From the NCBI GenBank assembly GCA_963806225.1, contig CAWDXG010000004.1, forward strand, positions 3,328,001-3,392,000: a stretch of DNA of 64,000 bases, given 5' to 3'. A model generated the notes under the pieces. It was not told the origin of the DNA, did no database searches, and saw nothing but the letters and a program-made list of their open reading frames with translations. This stretch comes from an uncultured delta proteobacterium. Lineage in GTDB: Bacteria; Myxococcota_A; Polyangia; Polyangiales; Polyangiaceae. A program made the position numbers and the translations under genes. This document shows, piece by piece, positions 44,693 through 54,879 of this stretch. Numbering within the stretch: the stretch's first letter is position 1; every line of letters begins with the position of its first letter.

Positions 44693-44961
44693 CCAACTCT
44701 GCCCACCGCCGGTTTCGCTGGTTGCTCCTATGCGCGCTCGGGGGCTTGGCGGCTTCCGCCCTGGTCACGGGGTGCAGCTCCACGGGCTATTCGCCCAACT
44801 GCCCCGAGACGGACGTCGAGCTGTACAACGTGGCCGAGGCGGGCCAGACGAAGACCCCGACCCAGTCCATCGACAAGGGTTGCTGGACGAAGGTCGGTCA
44901 CGCCAACAGCGGCACCGGCGGCACCGGCAACCCGCCTCCGGCCGACGCGGGCGGCGGCTGA
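44689..44961 (+). CDS. Small lipoprotein
   Basis: ATGA overlap with the upstream gene; lipobox VTGC. Confidence 0.7.
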   Translation: MTNSAHRRFRWLLLCALGGLAASALVTGCSSTGYSPNCPETDVELYNVAEAGQTKTPTQSIDKGCWTKVGHANSGTGGTGNPPPADAGGG

Positions 44962-44997
44962 CGCGCGTCGACGGCTGATGCGCAGCGCCTGCCCACC

Positions 44998-45798
44998 GTG
45001 CAGGCTCCAGAACCCGGCATGGCCTACGGTGTGCTCCTCACGCTCGCGTACGACGGCGCGCTGTTCTCCGGATTCGCCCGGCAGCGCAACGCGCGCACCG
45101 TCGCCGGCGAGCTCGAAGGCGCGATACGCGCGATCGATCCGCACGCGAGCCTCGTGCGCGCCGTGAGCCGCACCGACGCCGGCGTGCATGCGCGCGGCCA
45201 GCGCGTCGCGTTCGACACGGCGAAGTCGATCGCGCCGCGCGGCTGGGTGCTTGCGCTGGCGCGAGAGCTTCCGGAACAGATCTCCGTCGTCGCAGTCGCG
45301 GAAGTGGAGGCCGGCTACGACCCGCGGCATCACGCGGTCGAAAAGACGTACCGGTATTTCGTTCTCCAGAGCCCGGTACGCGACCCGTTCGCCGAGCACC
45401 GCGCCTGGCGCGTCTACGAGAGGTTGAACCACGACGCAATGCGAAGCGAAGCCTCGGCGCTCCTCGGCACGCACGACTTCCGCGCATTCCGCAGCTCCTC
45501 GGACACGCGGCAGGACACCGTCCGGCAGGTCCTGCGGGCCAGCATGCGGGTGTCGCCGGGGGATCCGCGCTGTCTGGAAATCGAGATCACCGGCAACCGC
45601 TTCATGCACCGGATGGTGAGGATCATCGCGGGAACGCTGGTGGACGTCGGCCGCTCACGGCTAGCGCCCGGCGCGGTCACCCGCGCGCTCTCGAGCGGAG
45701 TGCGCGAAGACCTCGGCATGACAGCGCCACCGGACGGCCTGTTTCTGGAGCAGATCGTCCTTTCCAACGCGGGGTGGAACCCCTGGCCCAACGGCTAG
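44998..45798 (+). CDS. truA: tRNA pseudouridine(38-40) synthase
   Basis: AYDG, SRTDAGVHARGQ, GTHDF, FMHRMVRII, TAPPDGLFL; start 44998 or 45019. Confidence 0.95.
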   Translation: MQAPEPGMAYGVLLTLAYDGALFSGFARQRNARTVAGELEGAIRAIDPHASLVRAVSRTDAGVHARGQRVAFDTAKSIAPRGWVLALARELPEQISVVAVAEVEAGYDPRHHAVEKTYRYFVLQSPVRDPFAEHRAWRVYERLNHDAMRSEASALLGTHDFRAFRSSSDTRQDTVRQVLRASMRVSPGDPRCLEIEITGNRFMHRMVRIIAGTLVDVGRSRLAPGAVTRALSSGVREDLGMTAPPDGLFLEQIVLSNAGWNPWPNG

Positions 45799-45896
45799 TG
45801 CCCCCCACCTCGCGCGGCAGCCCAACCGCTGTTTTGCAGCTCACAGGCCGCATTGACGAAAATGCGGCGGTCGCGTAGCTTGCGCCTGCCGCTGGC

Positions 45897-45912
45897 TGGC
45901 ACGCGCCCTGCT
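45897..45912 (+). promoter_or_regulatory. Putative sigma54 (-24/-12) promoter
   Basis: TGGCACGCGCCCTGCT with GG-N10-GC spacing, in the intergenic region about 95 nt before ATG 46008. Confidence 0.55.
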
Positions 45913-46007
45913 TGTCTGTAGGTGCTGGCTAGATAGCAAGGCCGGTCCGTGGCAGACCGGCGTCCGCGCCCGGTGCAGGCGGCCGGAGTCGCGAGGAGCA
46001 GCATCAA

Positions 46008-47531
46008 ATGGGCTTGAAGCAATCAATCGTCGGGCGAGGCAAGAAGATCCTGCTGAGCCCATCGGTCATGCGATGGGTCTCCGACGACCGCGTCATGAAA
46101 GCGGCCGAGGGCGTCATGGACGCCAGGAGCCGCGTCAAGGCAGCCGTCAGCATCCTCGTCAAAGGTCACGAGCTACCGAACATCGATCCGGCGCTGGACG
46201 AGTACCCCGAGGCAGCCGCGACCAAGCCTGCGTCGAAGAAGAACGGCGCCGCGGCGCCCGCGGCGAAGACGCATGGCTCGGACGACATGACCGAGTCGCT
46301 CAAGGAGCGCAACACGCTGTCGGGCATCGGCAGCAAAGATGTTTTCGAGAAGTGCTACAAGTTCACAGCCGCCGACAACGCGCGGAAGATAGGCATCTAC
46401 CCCTACTTCCGCCCGCTGGACGTGAACGACGGACCCGAGGCCGAGATCGACGGCAAGCGCGTCGTGATGTTCGGGTCCAACAACTACCTCGGCCTCACCA
46501 CGCATCCGAAGGTGCGCGAGGCGGCCAAGTCCGCCATCGACCGCTTCGGCACCAGCATGACCGGCTCGCGTCTCGTGAACGGCTCGATGAAGCTGCACGA
46601 GGAGTTCGAGAACAAGCTCGCCAAGTGGATGGGCAAGGAGAGCGCACTCGTCTTCACCACCGGCTACCAGGTGAACCTCACGGTGCTCTCGGCGCTGCTC
46701 AGCAACAAGAAGAGCGTGGCCGTGATCGACCGCAACGTGCACGCCTCGCTCTACGACGGCGTGCGCCTGGGGCAGGCCGCGGGCGCTCGCATGGTGCGCT
46801 ACCGGCACAACGACCCAGCGTCGCTCGACCGCGCGCTCGAGAAGATCGAGGACGACGAGGGCGCCTTCGTGATCACCGACGGCGTGTTCAGCGCCGAGGG
46901 CGAGATCGCCAAGCTGGACGAGATCGTCAGGGTCGTGAAGAAGCACGGCGCGCGGCTGTTCGTGGACGACGCCCATGCGCTGGGCGTGATCGGCCCCGAT
47001 GGACGCGGCACCGCGCACCATTTCGGCGTCATGGACGACGTCGATCTGGTCGGCGGAACCTTCTCCAAGTCGCTCGCCAGCATCGGCGGCTGGCTGGTCG
47101 GCGAGCGCAAGGTGCTCGACTACGTGCGGCACTTCGCGCCGAGCTTCATGTTCGCCGCGGCCGCAGCTCCGCCCAACGTGGCCGCGGCGATGGCGGCCTT
47201 CGAGGTGATGCAGGAAGAGTCGTGGCGCATCGACAAGCTGCACGACAACTTCAACTACATGCGCGACGAGCTCAAGAAGATGGGCTTCGAGCTCGGTCAC
47301 ACCGAAACGGCCGTGATCCCCATCTACATCCGGCAGGATCTCCGCACCATCATGATGTGGCGCGATCTGCTCGAGGACTACGGCATCTACACCAACCCGT
47401 TCATCTCGCCCGGTGTCCCGCCGAAGAACGCCATGCTGCGCACCAGCTACATGGCCACGCACGAGCGCGAGCACCTCGACCGAGGCCTCGAGGCGTTCCG
47501 CATTGTCGGCAAGAAGTACGGCGTGATCTGA
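46008..47531 (+). CDS. Alpha-oxoamine synthase family PLP enzyme, serine palmitoyltransferase-like, with N-terminal extension
   Basis: GIYPYFRP, GSNNYLGL, HASL, DDAHALG, PLP lysine motif GTFSKS, LRTSYMATH. Confidence 0.8.
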   Translation: MGLKQSIVGRGKKILLSPSVMRWVSDDRVMKAAEGVMDARSRVKAAVSILVKGHELPNIDPALDEYPEAAATKPASKKNGAAAPAAKTHGSDDMTESLKERNTLSGIGSKDVFEKCYKFTAADNARKIGIYPYFRPLDVNDGPEAEIDGKRVVMFGSNNYLGLTTHPKVREAAKSAIDRFGTSMTGSRLVNGSMKLHEEFENKLAKWMGKESALVFTTGYQVNLTVLSALLSNKKSVAVIDRNVHASLYDGVRLGQAAGARMVRYRHNDPASLDRALEKIEDDEGAFVITDGVFSAEGEIAKLDEIVRVVKKHGARLFVDDAHALGVIGPDGRGTAHHFGVMDDVDLVGGTFSKSLASIGGWLVGERKVLDYVRHFAPSFMFAAAAAPPNVAAAMAAFEVMQEESWRIDKLHDNFNYMRDELKKMGFELGHTETAVIPIYIRQDLRTIMMWRDLLEDYGIYTNPFISPGVPPKNAMLRTSYMATHEREHLDRGLEAFRIVGKKYGVI

Positions 47532-47692
47532 GTAGCCGGCCCGGGGACGGCTTTTCTTTTCTGGGGTCGAGAGCTGGGCGTCGCGGTGCGGCGACTCACA
47601 TCTCGACCCCAGAAATCTTCCCGCCTTCCCGCCTTCCTGTGAACCTCTGGATCGCGCCGCGACGTTCCAGACGTGATCGCGCGGTCGGGAAT

Positions 47693-48508
47693 CTAGCCGC
47701 CCTGGCGCTTCACCTTTGCCAGCGCGTTCCTGTAGGTCGCGGCGACGCGTCCGGTGAGGAAACGCCGGGGCACGAACGGCGCAAACGCCAGGCTGAGCCG
47801 GTTGCTCATGCCGGGAGCGTAGAGAAAGCGCCGGGCGCCGAGCGCACCTACTCCCTCGCGCGCGACCTTGTCTACCGGCATCAGCCAACCGCGAAGCTCT
47901 CCGAAGTCCTCGCCATCGGTCATCTCCGTCTGGATGCCGCCCGGAACGAACGTCGTAACGGACACGTTGCGTCCGTACATCTCGTGGTGGAGCGCGCAGC
48001 CGTAGTTGACCAGGAACGCCTTGGTCCCCGAATAGGCCGTCTGGTACGCGACCGGTACCAGGCCGGCCATGCTGGAGACGAGCATCATGCCGCCGCCCTG
48101 TGCGCGCTGCTCGAGGTACGGAACCAGCCGCGTGCTGAGGCGCACCACGCTGCGCACGTTGACGTCGAGCATACGCTGGAAGGCATCCCACTCGAGCTCT
48201 TCGTGACTTCCGATGTGGGTAATGCCGGCGTTGAGAATGGCAGCGTAGAGCTCGCGACCGCCTGTCGCCGCCTGGAAGACGCGGTCCACGTCTTCCAGGT
48301 TGGCCAGGTCCGCGGCTACCGGCAGCACCTCGACTCCTGCCGCCGTCTCGAGCTCGTCCTTGAGCTCCTCCAGCCGCTCGCGGCGGCGCGCGGCGATGAC
48401 CAGATTCGCGCCGTGCTCGCGCGCCAAGAGCCGCGCCATCTCCCGGCCCAGACCGGACGACGCTCCAGTCACCAGAACCCACCGCGAACGGAAATCCATG
48501 CGCTTCAT
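47693..48508 (-). CDS. Short-chain dehydrogenase/reductase
   Basis: TGASSGLG, LNAG, VSS, YSGTK. Confidence 0.92.
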   Translation of the reverse strand: MKRMDFRSRWVLVTGASSGLGREMARLLAREHGANLVIAARRRERLEELKDELETAAGVEVLPVAADLANLEDVDRVFQAATGGRELYAAILNAGITHIGSHEELEWDAFQRMLDVNVRSVVRLSTRLVPYLEQRAQGGGMMLVSSMAGLVPVAYQTAYSGTKAFLVNYGCALHHEMYGRNVSVTTFVPGGIQTEMTDGEDFGELRGWLMPVDKVAREGVGALGARRFLYAPGMSNRLSLAFAPFVPRRFLTGRVAATYRNALAKVKRQGG

Positions 48509-48574
48509 CGCCCGAAGTAGAGCCACAAACGGCTCCGACTTTCCACGCCCAAGGCGAATCCAGCGGAAGGCCGG

Positions 48575-49144
48575 CTACGATCCGGCGCGAAAGAACGTCG
48601 CGCCGCCGGCCCGGAGCGGCGTGGGCGCGTTCCTCAGCTTGCGGCCGAGCGCCTCGACGGCCTCCGTGTCGACGTACAGTCCGGGGCCCCAGCCCGGTAC
48701 CTCGGCGTCCTCGTCGAGACGCGTCGCGGTGTCCGCGTACAGCGCCCGGCGCAGCGGCTCACTGGGAAACGAGACATGCAGCAGCGGCACGTCGCCGGCC
48801 CAGGCGGGCAGCGCCACCGACTCGGTCTCTTCAGGCACCCAGCGGCTGCCGTGCGTCAACACGCCCACCGTGGAAAGCTCGCGTCCGGCGAGCCGCGCGC
48901 GCACCATGCGCAGCCAGCCGAGCGGCTCCTCGACCTGGTCACCCTCGGAGAGCTCCACGTACACCGCGTGACCGAGGTGCACCGCCCGCGCGGCGCGACC
49001 GAGCGGGATTGCCTCCAGGCACTCGACGACCGTGGTGCGGAACGCGGTGAAGCGCTTCACGAAGTCCGTGCGCTCGAGCGCGTACTCCTCGTCCTCCACG
49101 CTGAAGTACGAGATCAACAGACCGAATGCGTTCTCGTCGATCAT
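48575..49144 (-). CDS. Hypothetical protein, possibly a degenerate class III nucleotide cyclase fold
   Basis: Genome-typical codon usage; VGVLTHG...EPLRRALYAD...GLYVD pattern. Confidence 0.6.
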   Translation of the reverse strand: MIDENAFGLLISYFSVEDEEYALERTDFVKRFTAFRTTVVECLEAIPLGRAARAVHLGHAVYVELSEGDQVEEPLGWLRMVRARLAGRELSTVGVLTHGSRWVPEETESVALPAWAGDVPLLHVSFPSEPLRRALYADTATRLDEDAEVPGWGPGLYVDTEAVEALGRKLRNAPTPLRAGGATFFRAGS

Positions 49145-49207
49145 CCGTCCCCCGATTATCCCGGCGCGCACGCGATGGCCAGCGCCACGGGCAGCACCGG
49201 CAGGCGC

Positions 49208-49660
49208 TCAGCCAATCGAGCCGCGCTCGAGCGGCGCGCGCCCGGCGCGCTGGCGCAGCCGGTTCAGCGTGCGGAACACCGGCTTCGAGGCGACGATGCG
49301 CCGCTGCAGCCGCCGCTTTCCGGGGAAGTCGAGCAGGAACAGCGAGGCCAGGATGGTCAAGAGCCCCTGCCCGGGCAGCACCAACATCGCAACTCCGGCC
49401 ACGAACACCACCGCGCCGAGGATGTTCTTGACGACACGCAGAGCCATGCGCCACCCGGGCTCGCGAACGGCCGTCATCCCGAGATCGCCGCGCTCGTGGC
49501 GCGTGAAGTAGTCGGCCGGGACGCGCGCGAAGAACCACGGCACGCCCACCAAGCTGAGCACGAACATCACCACCGACGCGATGGACAGCACCACCAGCAC
49601 GTGTGGCGTCAGGAGCCAGTGCAGGAAGGTCTGCGCCCAGGCGGGGAGGCGTTCCATCAT
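49208..49660 (-). CDS. PGPGW-family transmembrane protein
   Basis: PADYF, KNILG, MLVLPGQGLL, DFPGK. Confidence 0.85.
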   Translation of the reverse strand: MMERLPAWAQTFLHWLLTPHVLVVLSIASVVMFVLSLVGVPWFFARVPADYFTRHERGDLGMTAVREPGWRMALRVVKNILGAVVFVAGVAMLVLPGQGLLTILASLFLLDFPGKRRLQRRIVASKPVFRTLNRLRQRAGRAPLERGSIG

Positions 49661-49700
49661 GGCGGCAGCAACCTAACCACGGGACCGACCCGACGCCGCA

Positions 49701-51065
49701 TCAGGCCCGCGAGCGGGCGGCGTGGATGGCGGCCAGGGCCGCGCGCGCCTTGTTACGGGTCTCCTTGGCTTCCAGCTCCGGCACACTGTCGGCGACGACG
49801 CCCGCGCCGGCCGTGACCTCGAACCGCCCGTCGCGCATCACCACGGTGCGGATCGCGATGGCAAAGTCGAGGTCCGTCCCCCCCGTCACGTAGCCGATCG
49901 CGCCGCCGTAGGCGCCCCGCGGCCGGCGCTCGAGCTCGCGGATGATCTGCATCGCCCGCACCTTGGGTGCGCCGCTGAGCGTGCCGGCGGGGAACGTGGC
50001 GCGCAGCACGTCCCATGGCCCCTGCCCCGGCGCGAGCTCGCCGGTGACCTCGCTGACGATGTGCATCACGTGGCTGAAGCGCTCCACCTCCATGCGCTGG
50101 GCGAGCGTCACCGAGCCCGCGCTCGCGATGCGACCGATATCGTTGCGGGCCAGGTCGATCAACATCACGTGCTCGGCGAGCTCTTTCGGGTCGGCGAGCA
50201 TCTCGGCCGCGAGCGCGTCGTCCTCCTCGGGGCTCAGTCCGCGCCGGCGCGTGCCCGCAATCGGGCGCAGCGTCACCCGCCGGCCCTCCACGCGCACCAG
50301 CGTCTCGGGGCTCGCTCCCGCAATCGCAACGGCGGGCGCCCCGGGCCGTGCAGGCAGCTCGATCAGGTACATGTACGGCGCGGGCGAGAGCACCCTGAGC
50401 GCGCGGTACACGTCGAACGGATCGGCGCCCGCCACGGGCACTGAAAATGTGCGCGCGGGCACGACCTGGAACGCGTCCCCGGCGCGGATGTACTCCTTGA
50501 CGCGCTCGACGCTGCCGCTGAACTCCTCGTCGCTGGTGCCGACCTCCACGTCGGGCGGCAGAGCGGCGGGATCGGGCGGCAGAAGCGGCGAAAGCGGAGC
50601 CACGCGGGACAGGTCGCGCTCGGCCCGCGCGAGCTCGGCTGCGTCCGGCGCGGCGATGGTCGCCGTGTGCGTCAGGTTGTCGAACACGACGACGGTCGCG
50701 TCGCCCACCAGCCGTGCGATCGGATCGCCCGGCGCTGGCCACGGCTCCACCTTCGTTGCGTAGTGCACCAGGTCGTAGGCGAGCACGCCCACGTGAGCGC
50801 TGGCGAAGCGCGCCGCGACCTCCGCCTCCACCCGCTCGCCCGTCGGAACCAGCTCCGCCAGCCGGGCGAACGGATCCAGCCCGGGCTCGCCGTGCAGGAT
50901 GACCTGCCGGCGCGGGTGATAGCCCAGGATCGAATAGCGGCCCCAGCGCTCGCCGGGCACCACGCTCTCGAGCAGGAAGGACCCCTCGCCCGCGTCGCGG
51001 CGCAGGGCGGCATAGGCGCCCACCGGCGTGATGCCGTCCACGACCAGCGTCTTCAGTTCCGTCAT
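49701..51065 (-). CDS. trpE: Anthranilate synthase component I
   Basis: FLLES...WGRYS, GDAFQVV, ASPETL, PIAGTR, EHVMLIDLARND, PAGTLSGAPK, AGAGVV; start MTELK at 51065. Confidence 0.93.
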   Translation of the reverse strand: MTELKTLVVDGITPVGAYAALRRDAGEGSFLLESVVPGERWGRYSILGYHPRRQVILHGEPGLDPFARLAELVPTGERVEAEVAARFASAHVGVLAYDLVHYATKVEPWPAPGDPIARLVGDATVVVFDNLTHTATIAAPDAAELARAERDLSRVAPLSPLLPPDPAALPPDVEVGTSDEEFSGSVERVKEYIRAGDAFQVVPARTFSVPVAGADPFDVYRALRVLSPAPYMYLIELPARPGAPAVAIAGASPETLVRVEGRRVTLRPIAGTRRRGLSPEEDDALAAEMLADPKELAEHVMLIDLARNDIGRIASAGSVTLAQRMEVERFSHVMHIVSEVTGELAPGQGPWDVLRATFPAGTLSGAPKVRAMQIIRELERRPRGAYGGAIGYVTGGTDLDFAIAIRTVVMRDGRFEVTAGAGVVADSVPELEAKETRNKARAALAAIHAARSRA

Positions 51066-51160
51066 GCGAGAGAGGGAGCGTAGCGCCGCCACCCCGGGCG
51101 CGGGACCGGGAAAAGCGCCGGGCGTGCAGCCCCCGGGCTGAGCCGCTAGCATGCCGGGCC

Positions 51161-51631
51161 GTGTTCTTCCGACGCGCACTGCTCATGGCGGCGCTCGGCA
51201 CCCTGGCTGCCGGATGCCGGCACGACCAACGCCTGGAGCTGCACGATACCGAAGGGCGGAGCTTCGCCGCCAAATGCTCGGCCGACACCGGCTGCCGGCT
51301 CGAGGACAAGGGCGCCGCCCTGCGCGCGACGGGGCGCGTCGTCGCCATCTGCAACACGCCGGCCGGCCGTGCTCCCCAAGCCAGCGATTGCCGGGCCCTG
51401 ACCTGCAAACACGACGTGGACTGCCCTTCCCGGCATGGCCTGCCCCACGGGACCTGCCTGGACGGGCTGTGTATCGAGCCTGCACATTCGATCAACGTCG
51501 ACGATGCGGTGATGCTGTGCCTGGCCGGCACCGGCCTCGGCAAGAGCTCCCGGACACAGGTCGAGCGCTACGCCTTGGCGCTGAACTGCGGCACGCCCTG
51601 CAAGGTGCCCAGCCCCTGCCGCCAGCCCTGA
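51161..51631 (+). CDS. Cys-containing lipoprotein
   Basis: Lipobox AAGC; several Cys pairs. Confidence 0.75.
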   Translation: MFFRRALLMAALGTLAAGCRHDQRLELHDTEGRSFAAKCSADTGCRLEDKGAALRATGRVVAICNTPAGRAPQASDCRALTCKHDVDCPSRHGLPHGTCLDGLCIEPAHSINVDDAVMLCLAGTGLGKSSRTQVERYALALNCGTPCKVPSPCRQP

Positions 51632-51722
51632 ATCCCGTGGCCCCGCGGCGGAGAGCGCCGGGAAAAACGCGGCGCGGAGGCTGGAACAACAGCGGACCGT
51701 CGGCTAGGCTCCGCGCGCCCGC

Positions 51723-53399
51723 ATGCCCGACACACCCTCGTTCCGGGCGAGCATCGCGCTCGCGGCCTACTCCGAGCCCCTGGTCGAGGGGCGGCGTGCC
51801 GTCGTGTTCGGTGATTCGTCGTCGCAACTGGCCGAGCATCTGCTCGAGCGCGGAGCGCGGCTGGTCCACGTCTACGACCTGGAGCCGACCCGCGTCGCCG
51901 AAGCCGCGGCCCGGAACACGTCGCGCAACATCAGCTACGCCCCGCTCGGAGAGAGCGGCACTGCCGTGCGCGACGGCGCGTTCGATCTCGCGATCGTCGA
52001 GAACCTCGCTGCGGCGTCGGATCCGGCCGCGCTGCTGAAGCGCGTCCATCGCGCGCTGTCTCCGCACGGCGCAGCGCTCGTCGCCTGCGCGAATCCGGAC
52101 ATGCGCGTGCAGCTCCTGCCAGAGCTCGAGCAGAGCCGGCAGAGCATCGACTACTACGCTCTGTACGACGCCGTTGCGCTGGAGTTCGAGCAGGTGCGCA
52201 TGCTCGGCCAGACACCGTTCGTGGGCTACGCGATCGTGGACTTCGCCGCCGACGGCGAGCCCGCGCCGGCGCTGGATGCGGGCTTCGTGCCGGGCGGAGC
52301 AGAGGAACCGGAGTGGTTCATCGCCGTGGCCTCCGCGGAGCCGGTAGAGCTCGACGAGTTCGCGGTCGTCCAGCTGCCGTTTCTGGCTGCCGTGGGCGCC
52401 GGCAAGAGCCGCAAGGCGGAAGAGCAGCTGCGCGCGGCACGCGGCGCGGAGCGCCATGCGCGCGAGCGCATGGCCGAGCTGGAAGCGGACAACGAACGGC
52501 TGCGCGCGGCCGAGCGCACCCGGAAGCCCCAGCGCGACCACGCCGGCGAGCTCGAGAAGCTCCAGAAGGAGCTCGAGCAGCGCGACGCCTGGATCGCCCA
52601 GCTGGAAGCACGCGCCGCGACCGCCGACGCCCGCGCCGACGAGTCGCTGGCCGAGCTGGAGCAGGAGCGCGAGAGTGCCAAGCGGGCGGCGCGCGAGCTC
52701 GAGGGCGCGCGCCGGCGCGCCGAGCAGGCCGCCACCGAGGCCCGCACCCTGCGCGACCAGGCAGAAAAGGCGGCCGCGCGCCTCGAAGAAGCGGAAGCCC
52801 GCGCGGGTGCGCCGGCCGGAGAGCTCGAGGCCCTGAAAAAGCAGCTCGCCGCGCAGCAGACCACGCTGGAGCAGGCCGAACAGCAGCGCGACCGGGCACG
52901 CGAAGAGCTCTCGAAGCGCGAGGCCCAGCTGGCCGAGCTCACCGACGCCGAACCCACCGACATGGGCGCCGAGGTCGAGCAGCTGGAAGCCCAGCTGCTG
53001 GAACGCGGGCGGGCGCTCCTCACGCGCGAGCGCGAGCTCCGCGAGGCCGAGCGCATCGGCCGCGAACTGCTCCACGAGCTGGAGATTCTGCGGGCCGGCC
53101 CCGCGGAGGGCGCCGAGGCCGCGGAGGGCGCCGGAGAGCCTTCCGGACGTGAGGCCGAACTCGCCCGCAAGCTGGACAGCCTGGCGCGGCTCAACGCGCA
53201 GAGGGAAGCGGATCTGGAGACAGCCCGCTGGAGCATCGCGGAGCTGGAGGGACGCCTGGCGGACGGGGGACTGGATACCGGAGAGCGGGCGGAGCTCGAA
53301 CGCGACCTGCAGCGCACCCGCGCGGAGGTCCAGAAGCTAGCCGCACTGGTGGCCCAACTCCGGGCCAATGCTGGCTCCGGAGAGGCGGAAGTTCGTTGA
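51723..53399 (+). CDS. Methyltransferase-like N-terminal domain fused to a long coiled coil
   Basis: DGAFDLAIV...LKRVHRALSPHG; about 300 aa of Glu/Arg/Ala heptads. Confidence 0.8.
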   Translation: MPDTPSFRASIALAAYSEPLVEGRRAVVFGDSSSQLAEHLLERGARLVHVYDLEPTRVAEAAARNTSRNISYAPLGESGTAVRDGAFDLAIVENLAAASDPAALLKRVHRALSPHGAALVACANPDMRVQLLPELEQSRQSIDYYALYDAVALEFEQVRMLGQTPFVGYAIVDFAADGEPAPALDAGFVPGGAEEPEWFIAVASAEPVELDEFAVVQLPFLAAVGAGKSRKAEEQLRAARGAERHARERMAELEADNERLRAAERTRKPQRDHAGELEKLQKELEQRDAWIAQLEARAATADARADESLAELEQERESAKRAARELEGARRRAEQAATEARTLRDQAEKAAARLEEAEARAGAPAGELEALKKQLAAQQTTLEQAEQQRDRAREELSKREAQLAELTDAEPTDMGAEVEQLEAQLLERGRALLTRERELREAERIGRELLHELEILRAGPAEGAEAAEGAGEPSGREAELARKLDSLARLNAQREADLETARWSIAELEGRLADGGLDTGERAELERDLQRTRAEVQKLAALVAQLRANAGSGEAEVR

Positions 53400-53423
53400 C
53401 AGCCCCCCGGCCGGCCTTAGCTT
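53396..53423 (+). promoter_or_regulatory. Putative sigma70-type promoter for dnaJ
   Basis: TTGACA-N16-TAGCTT. Confidence 0.45.
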
Positions 53424-53461
53424 GGCCCGATAGTGGGCAGTGGGGGTAGCGGCACCCTGGC

Positions 53462-54567
53462 ATGAGCGAAAAGCGCGACTACTACGAGGTTCTGGAAGTC
53501 TCGCGTGAAGCGAGCAGCGACGAGATCCGGCGGGCATACCGCCAGTGCGCGCTGAAGCATCACCCGGACCGGAACCCCGACGACAAGGAGGCCGAGGATC
53601 GCTTCAAGGAAGCCACCGAGGCCTACAGCGTGCTCTCCGACGACGAGAAGCGGCAGGCCTACGACCGCTTCGGCTTCGCCGGCGTCAGCGGCGGCGCCGG
53701 CTTCGATTTCTCCTCGGCCGGCGTCGGCGACATCCTGAGCCACTTCCAGGACATGTTCTCCGACTTCTTCGGCGGCTTCGGCGGCTTCGGCGGCGGCGGG
53801 CGCCCGCGCGGCCCGGAGCGCGGACAGGAACGTCCGGGTCGACGCCACCATCTCGCTCAAGGACACGATGACCGGCTGCAAGCACGGAGATCGTCGTGCA
53901 GGGCGCCGCGGCGTGCGACGACTGCGGCGGCAGCGGCGCCAAGGCCGGCACGCAACCCGAGACGTGCCCGCAGTGCCGCGGCTCCGGCCAGGTCACGACC
54001 CAGCGCGGCTTCATCATGTTCAGCACCACCTGCCCGCGCTGTCGCGGCACCGGGCAGTTCGTCAAGGATCCGTGTGGCAGCTGCCAGGGCAGCGGCTTCG
54101 TGGAAAAGCGCCGCAAGGTGCTGGTGACCTTCCCCGCGGGCATCGACTCGGGCCAACGGCTTCGCGTTCCCGGCCAGGGCATGCCGGGGCCCACCGGCGC
54201 GCCGCCGGGGGATCTCTACGTCGACGTGAGCGTCGAGCACGACGAGCAGTTCGAGCGTGAAGGCTACGATCTGATCGCCCGCGAGCCGGTGTCCTTCCCC
54301 GAAGCAGCGCTCGGCGGCGAGCTGCACCTCACACTGCCGGACGACACGGAAGTGTCCGCCACGGTGAAGGCCGGCACCCAGCCCGGCACCATCATCACGC
54401 TCTCCGGCAAGGGCATTCCGCGGCTCGATCGCCGCAGCCGCGGCGACCTGCACATCGTGGTCGAAGTGCAAGTCCCGAAGAAGCTCAGCCGCCGCGCGAA
54501 GAAGCTGCTGCAGGAGCTCGAAGCCGAGCTCGGCGCGCCGCACAGTGCGCGCTCGGCCGCCAGCTAG
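53462..54567 (+). CDS. dnaJ: Chaperone DnaJ, two apparent +1 frameshifts (about 53830 and 53886)
   Basis: DYYEVL, HPD, G/F region, four CxxCxGxG repeats, GDLYV; removing two bases gives ...[27 protein letters not shown]... Confidence 0.95.
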
Positions 54568-54588
54568 CCGCCAGCCCTGACATCCGGA

Positions 54589-54855
54589 TCAGTCCGCGCC
54601 GGCGTCGGCTGCGTCGGAGCTGTGCGCGTCGCTGCTGGCGTCGGCCTGCGCGCAGCCCGGATCGGCGCCCGCATCGGCTCCCGCCTCGTCGCCGCTCAGC
54701 GCGGCTCTCGCCGAACACAAGGCGCATCCGCCGCCGCCGCTGTTGCCGGGACCGCCGCAACATCCCGCCACGAACGAGCCTCCGACGATCATCGCCAGGC
54801 CCAACACGAACCGCCACTTGAAGTGTCTCCCAAGCATGGGAACGTGTTGAAGCAA
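54589..54855 (-). CDS. Small hypothetical exported or lipoprotein
   Basis: Hydrophobic stretch followed by VAGC; short, start uncertain. Confidence 0.45.
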   Translation of the reverse strand: MLQHVPMLGRHFKWRFVLGLAMIVGGSFVAGCCGGPGNSGGGGCALCSARAALSGDEAGADAGADPGCAQADASSDAHSSDAADAGAD

Positions 54856-54879
54856 GAAGCGAGCCCATCGCGCGCGGAG

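Noticed and set aside
53462..54567. dnaJ and the other frameshifted genes as true pseudogenes or programmed frameshifts
   Set aside because: Single-base insertions with no other decay and no slippery sites; sequencing error is more parsimonious
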